A stretch of DNA of 64,000 bases from the NCBI GenBank assembly GCA_963693365.1, contig CAVNZM010000006.1, positions 3,806,267-3,870,266 of the forward strand, written 5' to 3'. The notes under the pieces were generated by a model. That model worked only from the letters and a program-made list of their open reading frames with translations. It did no database searches and had not been told where the DNA came from. The stretch is from Amoebidium appalachense. Its lineage: Eukaryota > Protista > Ichthyosporea. Made by a program: the position numbers and the translations under genes. Positions 9,305 through 20,112 of this stretch are shown piece after piece (the first letter of the stretch is position 1; each line of letters opens with the position of its first letter).

Positions 9305-11067
9305 CTACAAGGCCGCGGCCGCGTTGGAGGGGGGCTCGTCGTTGCCGGGGCCGTCGGCGCGATGGCGTCTGCGAGGTGTTTCTTCGTCCCGCCCGTCGCC
9401 ATCGTCCGCCTCCGACCTCCGCCTTTTCTGGGCGGATTGCGACTCGAACACTTCCATTAAACCCTTCAACCGGGCGCCGACCCCGGCCTCGATGCGAGAT
9501 TCTATGTCTTTTTCCAGGTCTTCTTTTTCCTTGGCCAGTCCGGTAATCCTCGCATCCTTCGATTCCAATTTCGTTGCGAATTTCTGGTTCCTGTTACGTT
9601 CCAACTCATAGGACCGTGTGATCTTTGACACCTCCCGTGTGAGGTTGGCCACCTTCCCTATCTCGTCAGCGAGTTCCGTCTTGAGTTCTTTAAGTTCCCG
9701 CTCGAGGCGTTTTCGCTCCGTTTCCTTGGTCTCCTTCCATTTCGTATTTTCGGCTTCGAGTTTGCGAACTTTCTCTTCGAGGCCGTTGATCTTTGTCGAG
9801 TCCGCGTTGTTACGACGTGTGAGCTCCTCGATCTTCGCTTCCTTCTCCGCGCTAAGCTTCTCTAAGGTTTCCCTCGTCTCTTTTCCTCCCACGACTGCGA
9901 TCTTCAAATTTTGCTTCAGCGTCGCGCTTTCCTGCTCGAGCTTAACGATCTGCGCGCGGTACCGCCCCGAAACCATGCCGATGAGGCGCGTGATGGTGGA
10001 AACAACCTCCATAGTGGCCACGGAGTCGCCGTCGAGTAGACCGGATAGGTCGCTCAAGGGGTCGGCTGAGGGTGGGAGTGCGAGGCGCGCGGGCCGTCTA
10101 ACGTCTTGCTCCTGCTCCTCCTTCTCAGTCTCTCGTTCGATCTCTCGCTCCGCTCCCTTGTTCTCTTCACGCTCATCTCGCTCCGTTCCCTCGTTCTGTG
10201 GATCTCGTTCCAAATCTCGCTCCTCTCGCACTTGCTCCTCTCTCTCCTTCTCTCGTTCCTCCGCTCGCTCCATCTCTCGTTCCTTCTCTCGCACTCGCTC
10301 CTCCGCTTGCTCCTTCTCTCGCTCCCTCCGCCCGCTCCTTCTTCTCTCGCTCCTTCTCTCGCACTCGCTCCTCCGCTTGCTCCTTCTCTCGCTCCTCTGC
10401 TCGCTCCTTCTTCTCTCGCTCCTTCTCTCGCTCCTTCTCTCGCACTCGCTCCTCCGCTTGCTCCTTCTCTCGTTCCTCCGCTCGCTCCTTCTCTCGCTCC
10501 TTCTTCTCTCGCTCCATCTCTCGCTCCTTCTTCTCTCGCTCTATCTCTCGCTCCTTCTCTCGCTCCTTCTTCTCTCGCTCCATCTCTCGCTCCTTCTTCT
10601 CTCGCTCTATCTCTCGCTCCTTCTCTCGCTCCATCTCTCGCTCCTTCTCTCGTTCCATCTCTCGCTCCTTCTCTCTCTTGTTGTCCTCTCGCTCCTTTCG
10701 CTTCTTTCGCTCCATTTCTCGATCTCTCTCTCGACCTTGCTCTCTCTCTCGGTTAATTCGCGCCCCCCCTCGCCGCTGACTCTGCAGCTGTTTCTGTTGC
10801 TGGGCCCCAGCAGGCGAATGGAACAGTCCGGTCGTGGAAAATGGTTGGTTTTGCCCCGTGTGTGCCCCAGGAGAGAAGAGTCGTGGCTGTGCAAATGGTA
10901 TAGGCTGTGGAGAGGCCTGCAGAGGCCGTGTCATTAGGGGTTGTGGCTGAAACCCGAATTGCCGAGGGTCGAGAGTGTTGGGTAGAATTGGTCTGTTTTT
11001 GGTGCCGCCGGTCGTGGTTTGGGGTCCCGTAGTGGGAGCTGCCGGGGATGCAGAGGACGGTGCTGTC
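9305..11067 (-). pseudogene. 3' part of a viral E/R/K-repeat coiled-coil gene split by the Copia array (5' part at 22908-23532)
   Basis: Removing the array and one TSD copy gives a continuous frame ...DLPPLT-APSSASPAAPT...QPLMTRPLQ. One extra base in the EREK repeat (~10325) separates ORF 10173-10934 from ORF 9305-10294. Confidence 0.8.
10106..10750 (-). repeat. Coding low-complexity repeat (EREKEREME/EREKKER), charged single-alpha-helix-like
   Basis: Degenerate ctctcgctcctt tandem units. Confidence 0.85.
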
Positions 11068-11832
11068 TGTTGGACATTGTGTTCATAGAAGCTAGTTCTA
11101 GTGCACGTTTTTCCTTCTGTAAGTCAGAAATGATTGCATCTTGTGAGGCCAACCTCTGCTCCAGTAGTTGGACTAGTTGCTGCAACTGTAAGTTGTCAGA
11201 CATAGTGTCGTGTATGATGGGTAACTAGTCTATGTGTTTTGTGCACTGGAAACGACAGTAGAAAAGTGTAAATCAAACGTTCTGCTTCCCATGTTTGTGA
11301 CATGGGAGGCACTGCTTTATATAGTCGTTGGCCACCTCATGGTGGCCTCGTGTGCACCCTGGTGGTGGGCCATGTACAGCATGGCCGAAAAGAGAGCACA
11401 ATGAAAACAAGTCGTTAAAGATATAAAAGTTAACTGTGCACGTTGAGTGGCTAGTTAACTTGCACTAAAGCACACAAATAAACGTGTTTAACACACCAAT
11501 TGCAGTTAAACGTAAATCTTGCTTCACACAACTAAAAATATTCTGAGAATATCCGGGAATAAAGCACACTACCACTCTAAGAATAGAATCCTGTGGCAAA
11601 TATAGACATGACATCATCTGAACCGGGAATATTAATTAATGAGCACAATTAGCACGTTGCTAGTGAAGCTCGTCATTGGTACAGTTTTGGCTCAAACATA
11701 TAACTACCATATATGAATATGACCGTAAACAAAAGCTCTATGCACTCGAGTGAGTGTTGAAACAGTTATTCAATTGCTCAGAAACTTTCTCTAACAGACA
11801 TTGCTAGCCGGGAGTACCAGTGTACTCCAACA
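11068..11832 (-). repeat. LTR 1 (3'-most), 765 bp
   Basis: Minus strand TGTTGGA...TCCAACA terminal inverted repeat. One noticed substitution versus the other LTRs (KEKR vs KEQR in the gag leader). Purine tract GAGTAGGGG immediately upstream. Confidence 0.95.
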
Positions 11833-12018
11833 CCCCTACTCAATTGGATAATTGTGGTATGAATTAATGCAACTGAGCTCGAGTGCTTCAGGTGCACAAA
11901 ATACAGACAATAAAGATTCCCCTACTCAATTTTAGTATGGTACACGTAGTTGCACAGTCGGATGCAACTCTCTCCCCCCCCCTGAAGTATGAGGGCGCAG
12001 TTGGTTGATGACGGGTGC

Positions 12019-15000
12019 TCAGCACATGTTGAGCATCCCCACGGCCTTGGTGAAGAAAGAGGCAGACAGGGCCTTGGTGAACATGTCGGCCTTGTTGTCA
12101 GCAGAAGCCACCGGGACCACAGTGATGTTGCCCAGCAGGTGATGTTCCTTGACGGAGCAGTAGCGGACGTCGATGTGCTTGGTCTTGGGCTTAACCCCCA
12201 GGGTGTCCAGCAGGGCCCGGGCAGACTCATTGTCCCCATGGATGGGCACCGGGGTGGGCTCATTGATAGGATTAAGGCCCAGGTCGTCCATCACATAGTT
12301 GAGCCATAGGGCCTCGTTCGTAGCAGCAGACATGGCCACAAATTCAGCCTCAGTGGAGCTGTGGGTGGTGATGGACTGGAGCCGAGACACCCAGGACACA
12401 GGGGAGGAGTTTATGAAGAAGACATAGCCCGTGGTGGAGCGCCGGGTGTCGCGGTCCTCGGCGTAGTCGGAGTCGGAGTAGCCAACAAGGTTGGGGGGGC
12501 CGGGACGGTAGACAATACCCAGGTCGATGGTGGCCAGCAGGTAGCTTACAACTCTGGTAGCCATAGTCCAGTGGGTGACGGTGGGCGCATGAATGTGTCG
12601 AGTAAGGACTCCCAGAGCCTGGGAAATGTCGGGGCGGGTGGTACGCGCAATCCACAGCAGGGCACCGACCAGGCTGGCATAGTCCTCCTTCTTGCTGTAG
12701 GCTGGGGTCTTGTTGCTTTCACTGGCCTGGCCCGGGACGATGGGGGTCTTGGTGCCGGACATGTGGGTGAGACGAAAACGGGCAGCCAAGTCGATGATGT
12801 GTTGACGATGGCCCAGACGCAGAGACCCGTCCTCCAGCCAGGTAAGAGTGTGCCCGATGAGCAGGGTAGGACGACCCAGGTCCTTGGCAGAGAAACGAGC
12901 ATCCAGCTTGGTGAAAAAATCGTCGATGAGCGCATCAGTGGCGGCCGTCACGGTGAAGTCATCCACGTAGGCAGCAAGGGCAATAAATGTTGGGGTCCCG
13001 GCATTCTTGATGAACAGGCACGGGTCAGCAGCACTCACAATGAAGCCTTGGTCGAGGAGATGGTCACGGAGGGCCTCATACCACTGGCGCGGTGCCTGTT
13101 TTAGGCCGTAGAGCGCCTTGTGGAGCAAGCCGACAGCATGGGGGGCCGAGGGGTTGACGAAGCCAGGGGGCTGCTCAATGTAGATGGTCTCGTTGACGGT
13201 GCCGTTGAGGAATGCTGTGTTGACGTCGATGTGGCGCAGAGGCAGACCTTGGGCCACGGAGGTAGCCAAAACCAGCCGGATGGTAGCCAGCGCAGCCACA
13301 GGTGACTCGGTGACGAAATAGTCCTGGCCAGGCTGCTGGTAGTTGCCCCGGGCCACAAGCCGGGCCTTGAAAGCAGTGACGTTGCCGACGTTGTCCTGCT
13401 TGACCGTAAAGACCCAGCCGACCGGAATGACAGTGGAGCCATCCTCTGGACGGGGCACAAGGGTGAAGGTGCCGTTGTCTTCCAGGGCCTTGAGCTCACG
13501 GTGTGCAGCCTCCTCCCATTTCAGACGCTGGGGACTCTTGGGTGCAGCCCGGACAGTCTTGGGGACAACAATGGTGGAAGCCTTGATGGGTGTTGATGCA
13601 GGAGCCGTAGCCTGGGGGGCAAGGGGGGCCGTAGCAGCAGCCACGTTGGCAGTCGGGCCTCGACGTTGGTCGTTGTACACAGCGCCACTACGGGTCGTCC
13701 GGGGGAGCCGATGTGCAGGCTCGGGCAGGATCGGAATGTCCAATTGATCACTCGGCGCTATCCCATTGGCTGACAGACGAGACGAATCAGATTGCTGATC
13801 ATTCCGGACGATGTGATTGGCTGGCTGATTTGACGAATCAGATGACTCCAAAAAATGATGAATTGCCGGTGCGGTCGACCAATCAGATGGGACATCACGG
13901 AGGGGGTGCAGAATAGCAGCCTCGTCGAACTGCACGTCACGGCTGACGGTCATCTTGTGTGCTGCTGGAATCCAGACCTTGTAGCCCTTGATGTTAGGAG
14001 GGTAGCCCACGAAGATGCCCTTGACGGCACGAGGCGCCAGTTTCGGTGTATCCTGTTGATGGACGTAGCAGGGAGAGCCCCAGACACGGAGCCGGCTGTA
14101 GTCGGGAGGAATGCCGGTCCACAGCAGGGCGGGAGACGATTGGCTGCCGGTGGCTCGCGACGGGAGCATGTTGCGTATAAAAGCCGCGGTCACAGCTGCC
14201 TCGGCCCAGAATCCCACCGGAAGGCCGGACTGCTGCAGGAGTGCCCGAACCATGTCGAGGAGGGTCCGGTTCAGTCGTTCGGCAGTCCCATTCTGTTGAG
14301 GAGAGCCGGTGGTAGTGATCTGATGGCGAATGCCATGCTCACGGTTGTAGTCCCCGAAGGCCGTGCCCATGTACTCGCCCCCCCGTCGGACTGAAACACC
14401 TGCATGGGAACACCGTGTTGGGTAACCGCCGCCTTGTGGTACGTCACATATGCAGCCAGTGTGTCCGACTTCTTGACGAGGGGCACGGCCGTGGTGTGGC
14501 CGGTGAATTCGTCGTGGAACGTCGCCAAGTACTGAGCACCACCGATCGCGGGAGGGAAGGGGCCGCTGATGTCGCTGTGAACCTTGGCTAGGACCCGGGG
14601 AGCTTGGCTAGTTGATTCGGAGAAGGCAACACGGTGGGCTTTGCCGAGGGCACAGGGCTCACACACACCCGGAGACTTGGCACCGCCACCCACCAACAGG
14701 CCTGCAGACTTGATGACCGAGCGTACAGCGTCAATGCCAGCATGGCCCAGACGGTAGTGCCACGTGTTGAGGTCGGCAGTAACCTTGAGGATACGCGGAG
14801 CAGTGGTGGTTTGGGCGTCCGGGGTTGTGTCCGCGCGCAGAAGAGACACCGCCATGTGGTACAGCTTGGTGCCGACAGCCGAGCCGGTGGCCAGAATTTG
14901 ATCGCCGTAGCACAACTTAACGCCGCCGCGGGTGTCAAAGCGGGGTAAAACACCGTTGGTAGTTGCCGTGAACACACTGATGAGAGTGTCGGGGATGGAG

Positions 15001-16316
15001 GGCACGTAGAGTACATCCGTCAGCTGATGCACCGCAGTAACGCCGTCGATGGTGCTGGAAAAGAACACGTCGCCCACCCCAAGCACTGCACATGCACCCT
15101 TGTCGGCTACTTGGACCGTGGAGTAAGGCGCCGCACGCATGTTGATGAACACATCGGGCCGGGGGCACACATGGTCAGTGGCTCCAGAGTCGAGGAGCAC
15201 CTTGTTGGTGCCACAGTCGTTGCTAGACATGAGGAAAGCCCGGGGAGCGGCAGCCCCCCCCTTGCACTGTGCCGTAGTGTGGGTAGTAGAGGCAGGGTGG
15301 TTGATGCAGGACCCAGGCGGGAGGGGACCACCCTTAGGTTTGCGGCCGTTGGCACGGTTGCCCCCCTTGCACATGGCGGTAGTGTGACTGGTAGACAGTG
15401 GGTGGTTGACGCAGGAACCCTTGGGGTAGGTGCTGGCACGGTTGTTGCCAGAGTTGCTGTGTTGGCCGTTGCCGTTGGGGCACTGAGACTTGATGTGGCC
15501 TGGTTTGCCGCAGCCGTGGCAGATGACAGGTTGAGGAGCCCGTGTGGTGAAGGCGGCCGGCCCGGAGCTGGTAGTCACACGTGCACGTGGGTGGCTGGTC
15601 TCATATGCCCGTAGCTGTTGGAGGAGGCCCATCACGGTAGGCTTGGGTGTCATCTTGTAGGCAATTACAGGCATTTCGTAGTAAGGCACCTTGCCGAGGT
15701 CGTTGGTGAGCTTGGTCAGCACTTGAGCATCACCAATTTGTGTGCCGTAATCGGCCAGGCGCCGCACGTAGCCGCGGAGTTTCATGGCGTATTTCGTCGC
15801 GGTGTCCGTAGGTTCAGGCGTAGAATTCATGTACAGCCCGATAAGGTCGTACTGATTGGCCTCAGATTGCTCCAGGTAGTGGGCAGATAGGGCCGACCAT
15901 ATCTCCGCAGGTGTGGTGGTGCGTGTTAACCCTAGGATACAACGCACGTCAACCGAGAGTGCTTGCCACAGGTAGGAACGGGCAGTGTCGACCTGTTCAC
16001 GGGTAGCCGGGTGCTCCGTACTGGGCGCGATGGTGTGGAGAAGACCAGCACCAGAAAGCTGGACATACATGGTTTCGGCCCATGTGTGGTAGTCCGTGCC
16101 TGAATCATTATCAATGCCAGTGAAGAGAGGGATGTCGACCTTGAACTTGATGGAATCATTACGTGAGGGGCCCATAACCCTGTTGGACATTGTGTTCATA
16201 GAAGCTAGTTCTAGTGCACGTTGTTCCTTCTGTAAGTCAGAAATGATTGCATCTTGTGAGGCCAACCTCTGCTCCAGTAGTTGGACTAGTTGCTGCAACT
16301 GTAAGTTGTCAGACAT
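12019..16316 (-). CDS. Copia Gag-Pol of the full-length unit (~1430 aa if a 1-nt frameshift at 14378-14384 is corrected)
   Basis: CCHC knuckle CHGCGKPGHIKSQC; protease LLDSGAT; WHYRLGH..CEPC; integrase VHSDISGP, SDGG[G]EY and QQNGTAERLNRTL; RT YVDD; RNase H YSDSD, STEAE and ADMFTK. A G7 run would need to be G8 to keep frame. Confidence 0.93.
16162..16180 (-). promoter_or_regulatory. Primer binding site complementary to the internal (anticodon-arm) half of initiator tRNA-Met, 2 mismatches
   Basis: Minus strand GGGTTATGGGCCC directly after the LTR, the Drosophila copia/Ty5 (hemivirus)-type PBS. Confidence 0.9.
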
Positions 16317-16945
16317 AGTGTCGTGTATGATGGGTAACTAGTCTATGTGTTTTGTGCACTGGAAACGACAGTAGAAAAGTGTAAATCAAACGTTCTGCTT
16401 CCCATGTTTGTGACATGGGAGGCACTGCTTTATATAGTCGTTGGCCACCTCATGGTGGCCTCGTGTGCACCCTGGTGGTGGGCCATGTACAGCATGGCCG
16501 AAAAGAGAGCACAATGAAAACAAGTCGTTAAAGATATAAAAGTTAACTGTGCACGTTGAGTGGCTAGTTAACTTGCACTAAAGCACACAAATAAACGTGT
16601 TTAACACACCAATTGCAGTTAAACGTAAATCTTGCTTCACACAACTAAAAATATTCTGAGAATATCCGGGAATAAAGCACACTACCACTCTAAGAATAGA
16701 ATCCTGTGGCAAATATAGACATGACATCATCTGAACCGGGAATATTAATTAATGAGCACAATTAGCACGTTGCTAGTGAAGCTCGTCATTGGTACAGTTT
16801 TGGCTCAAACATATAACTACCATATATGAATATGACCGTAAACAAAAGCTCTATGCACTCGAGTGAGTGTTGAAACAGTTATTCAATTGCTCAGAAACTT
16901 TCTCTAACAGACATTGCTAGCCGGGAGTACCAGTGTACTCCAACA
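16181..16945 (-). repeat. LTR 2, 765 bp
   Basis: Same sequence and termini as the other LTRs. Contains TATATAAAG on the minus strand and the gag ATG (16316). Confidence 0.95.
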
Positions 16946-17131
16946 CCCCTACTCAATTGGATAATTGTGGTATGAATTAATGCAACTGAGCTCGAGTGCT
17001 TCAGGTGCACAAAATACAGACAATAAAGATTCCCCTACTCAATTTTAGTATGGTACACGTAGTTGCACAGTCGGATGCAACTCTCTCCCCCCCCCTGAAG
17101 TATGAGGGCGCAGTTGGTTGATGACGGGTGC

Positions 17132-19297
17132 TCAGCACATGTTGAGCATCCCCACGGCCTTGGTGAAGAAAGAGGCAGACAGGGCCTTGGTGAACATGTC
17201 GGCCTTGTTGTCAGCAGAAGCCACCGGGACCACAGTGATGTTGCCCAGCAGGTGATGTTCCTTGACGGAGCAGTAGCGGACGTCGATGTGCTTGGTCTTG
17301 GGCTTAACCCCCAGGGTGTCCAGCAGGGCCCGGGCAGACTCATTGTCCCCATGGATGGGCACCGGGGTGGGCTCATTGATAGGATTAAGGCCCAGGTCGT
17401 CCATCACATAGTTGAGCCATAGGGCCTCGTTCGTAGCAGCAGACATGGCCACAAATTCAGCCTCAGTGGAGCTGTGGGTGGTGATGGACTGGAGCCGAGA
17501 CACCCAGGACACAGGGGAGGAGTTTATGAAGAAGACATAGCCCGTGGTGGAGCGCCGGGTGTCGCGGTCCTCGGCGTAGTCGGAGTCGGAGTAGCCAACA
17601 AGGTTGGGGGGGCCGGGACGGTAGACAATACCCAGGTCGATGGTGGCCAGCAGGTAGCTTACAACTCTGGTAGCCATAGTCCAGTGGGTGACGGTGGGCG
17701 CATGAATGTGTCGAGTAAGGACTCCCAGAGCCTGGGAAATGTCGGGGCGGGTGGTACGCGCAATCCACAGCAGGGCACCGACCAGGCTGGCATAGTCCTC
17801 CTTCTTGCTGTAGGCTGGGGTCTTGTTGCTTTCACTGGCCTGGCCCGGGACGATGGGGGTCTTGGTGCCGGACATGTGGGTGAGACGAAAACGGGCAGCC
17901 AAGTCGATGATGTGTTGACGATGGCCCAGACGCAGAGACCCGTCCTCCAGCCAGGTAAGAGTGTGCCCGATGAGCAGGGTAGGACGACCCAGGTCCTTGG
18001 CAGAGAAACGAGCATCCAGCTTGGTGAAAAAATCGTCGATGAGCGCATCAGTGGCGGCCGTCACGGTGAAGTCATCCACGTAGGCAGCAAGGGCAATAAA
18101 TGTTGGGGTCCCGGCATTCTTGATGAACAGGCACGGGTCAGCAGCACTCACAATGAAGCCTTGGTCGAGGAGATGGTCACGGAGGGCCTCATACCACTGG
18201 CGCGGTGCCTGTTTTAGGCCGTAGAGCGCCTTGTGGAGCAAGCCGACAGCATGGGGGGCCGAGGGGTTGACGAAGCCAGGGGGCTGCTCAATGTAGATGG
18301 TCTCGTTGACGGTGCCGTTGAGGAATGCTGTGTTGACGTCGATGTGGCGCAGAGGCAGACCTTGGGCCACGGAGGTAGCCAAAACCAGCCGGATGGTAGC
18401 CAGCGCAGCCACAGGTGACTCGGTGACGAAATAGTCCTGGCCAGGCTGCTGGTAGTTGCCCCGGGCCACAAGCCGGGCCTTGAAAGCAGTGACGTTGCCG
18501 ACGTTGTCCTGCTTGACCGTAAAGACCCAGCCGACCGGAATGACAGTGGAGCCATCCTCTGGACGGGGCACAAGGGTGAAGGTGCCGTTGTCTTCCAGGG
18601 CCTTGAGCTCACGGTGTGCAGCCTCCTCCCATTTCAGACGCTGGGGACTCTTGAGTGCAGCCCGGACAGTCTTGGGGACAACAATGGTGGAAGCCTTGAT
18701 GGGTGTTGATGCAGGAGCCGTAGCCTGGGGGGCAAGGGGGGCCGTAGCAGCAGCCACGTTGGCAGTCGGGCCTCGACGTTGGTCGTTGTACACAGCGCCA
18801 CTACGGGTCGTCCGGGGGAGCCGATGTGCAGGCTCGGGCAGGATCGGAATGTCCAATTGATCACTCGGCGCTGTCCCATTGGCTGACAGACGAGACGAAT
18901 CAGATTGCTGATCATTCCGGACGATGTGATTGGCTGGCTGATTTGACGAATCAGATGACTCCAAAAAATGATGAATTGCCGGTGCGGTCGACCAATCAGA
19001 TGGGACATCACGGAGGGGGTGCAGAATAGCAGCCTCGTCGAACTGCACGTCACGGCTGACGGTCATCTTGTGTGCTGCTGGAATCCAGACCTTGTAGCCC
19101 TTGATGTTAGGAGGGTAGCCCACGAAGATGCCCTTGACGGCACGTGCTGGGCCCATAACCCTGTTGGACATTGTGTTCATAGAAGCTAGTTCTAGTGCAC
19201 GTTGTTCCTTCTGTAAGTCAGAAATGATTGCATCTTGTGAGGCCAACCTCTGCTCCAGTAGTTGGACTAGTTGCTGCAACTGTAAGTTGTCAGACAT
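17132..19297 (-). CDS. Internally deleted Copia ORF: Gag leader fused in frame to the integrase C-terminal tail, RT and RNase H (721 aa)
   Basis: MSDNL...NRVMGP joins directly to ARAVKGIFVGY. 2132 bp (14032-16163 of the full unit) are missing. Confidence 0.92.
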   Translation of the reverse strand: MSDNLQLQQLVQLLEQRLASQDAIISDLQKEQRALELASMNTMSNRVMGPARAVKGIFVGYPPNIKGYKVWIPAAHKMTVSRDVQFDEAAILHPLRDVPSDWSTAPAIHHFLESSDSSNQPANHIVRNDQQSDSSRLSANGTAPSDQLDIPILPEPAHRLPRTTRSGAVYNDQRRGPTANVAAATAPLAPQATAPASTPIKASTIVVPKTVRAALKSPQRLKWEEAAHRELKALEDNGTFTLVPRPEDGSTVIPVGWVFTVKQDNVGNVTAFKARLVARGNYQQPGQDYFVTESPVAALATIRLVLATSVAQGLPLRHIDVNTAFLNGTVNETIYIEQPPGFVNPSAPHAVGLLHKALYGLKQAPRQWYEALRDHLLDQGFIVSAADPCLFIKNAGTPTFIALAAYVDDFTVTAATDALIDDFFTKLDARFSAKDLGRPTLLIGHTLTWLEDGSLRLGHRQHIIDLAARFRLTHMSGTKTPIVPGQASESNKTPAYSKKEDYASLVGALLWIARTTRPDISQALGVLTRHIHAPTVTHWTMATRVVSYLLATIDLGIVYRPGPPNLVGYSDSDYAEDRDTRRSTTGYVFFINSSPVSWVSRLQSITTHSSTEAEFVAMSAATNEALWLNYVMDDLGLNPINEPTPVPIHGDNESARALLDTLGVKPKTKHIDVRYCSVKEHHLLGNITVVPVASADNKADMFTKALSASFFTKAVGMLNMC

Positions 19298-19926
19298 AGT
19301 GTCGTGTATGATGGGTAACTAGTCTATGTGTTTTGTGCACTGGAAACGACAGTAGAAAAGTGTAAATCAAACGTTCTGCTTCCCATGTTTGTGACATGGG
19401 AGGCACTGCTTTATATAGTCGTTGGCCACCTCATGGTGGCCTCGTGTGCACCCTGGTGGTGGGCCATGTACAGCATGGCCGAAAAGAGAGCACAATGAAA
19501 ACAAGTCGTTAAAGATATAAAAGTTAACTGTGCACGTTGAGTGGCTAGTTAACTTGCACTAAAGCACACAAATAAACGTGTTTAACACACCAATTGCAGT
19601 TAAACGTAAATCTTGCTTCACACAACTAAAAATATTCTGAGAATATCCGGGAATAAAGCACACTACCACTCTAAGAATAGAATCCTGTGGCAAATATAGA
19701 CATGACATCATCTGAACCGGGAATATTAATTAATGAGCACAATTAGCACGTTGCTAGTGAAGCTCGTCATTGGTACAGTTTTGGCTCAAACATATAACTA
19801 CCATATATGAATATGACCGTAAACAAAAGCTCTATGCACTCGAGTGAGTGTTGAAACAGTTATTCAATTGCTCAGAAACTTTCTCTAACAGACATTGCTA
19901 GCCGGGAGTACCAGTGTACTCCAACA
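19162..19926 (-). repeat. LTR 3, 765 bp
   Basis: Same sequence and termini. PBS at 19143-19161. Confidence 0.95.
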
Positions 19927-20112
19927 CCCCTACTCAATTGGATAATTGTGGTATGAATTAATGCAACTGAGCTCGAGTGCTTCAGGTGCACAAAATACAG
20001 ACAATAAAGATTCCCCTACTCAATTTTAGTATGGTACACGTAGTTGCACAGTCGGATGCAACTCTCTCCCCCCCCCTGAAGTATGAGGGCGCAGTTGGTT
20101 GATGACGGGTGC

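Noticed and set aside
3350-10937. Long antisense ORFs (3350-4402, 5611-6222, 7072-7950, 8070-8690, 9618-10937)
   Set aside because: Shadow frames of GC3-rich or repetitive genes on the opposite strand.
10934-11203. 89-aa ORF as an independent gene
   Set aside because: It is the LTR-encoded Gag leader reading out of frame into the interrupted viral gene.
19143-19161. tRNA gene fragment
   Set aside because: Only 19 nt match tRNAiMet. This is the retrotransposon PBS, not a tRNA gene.
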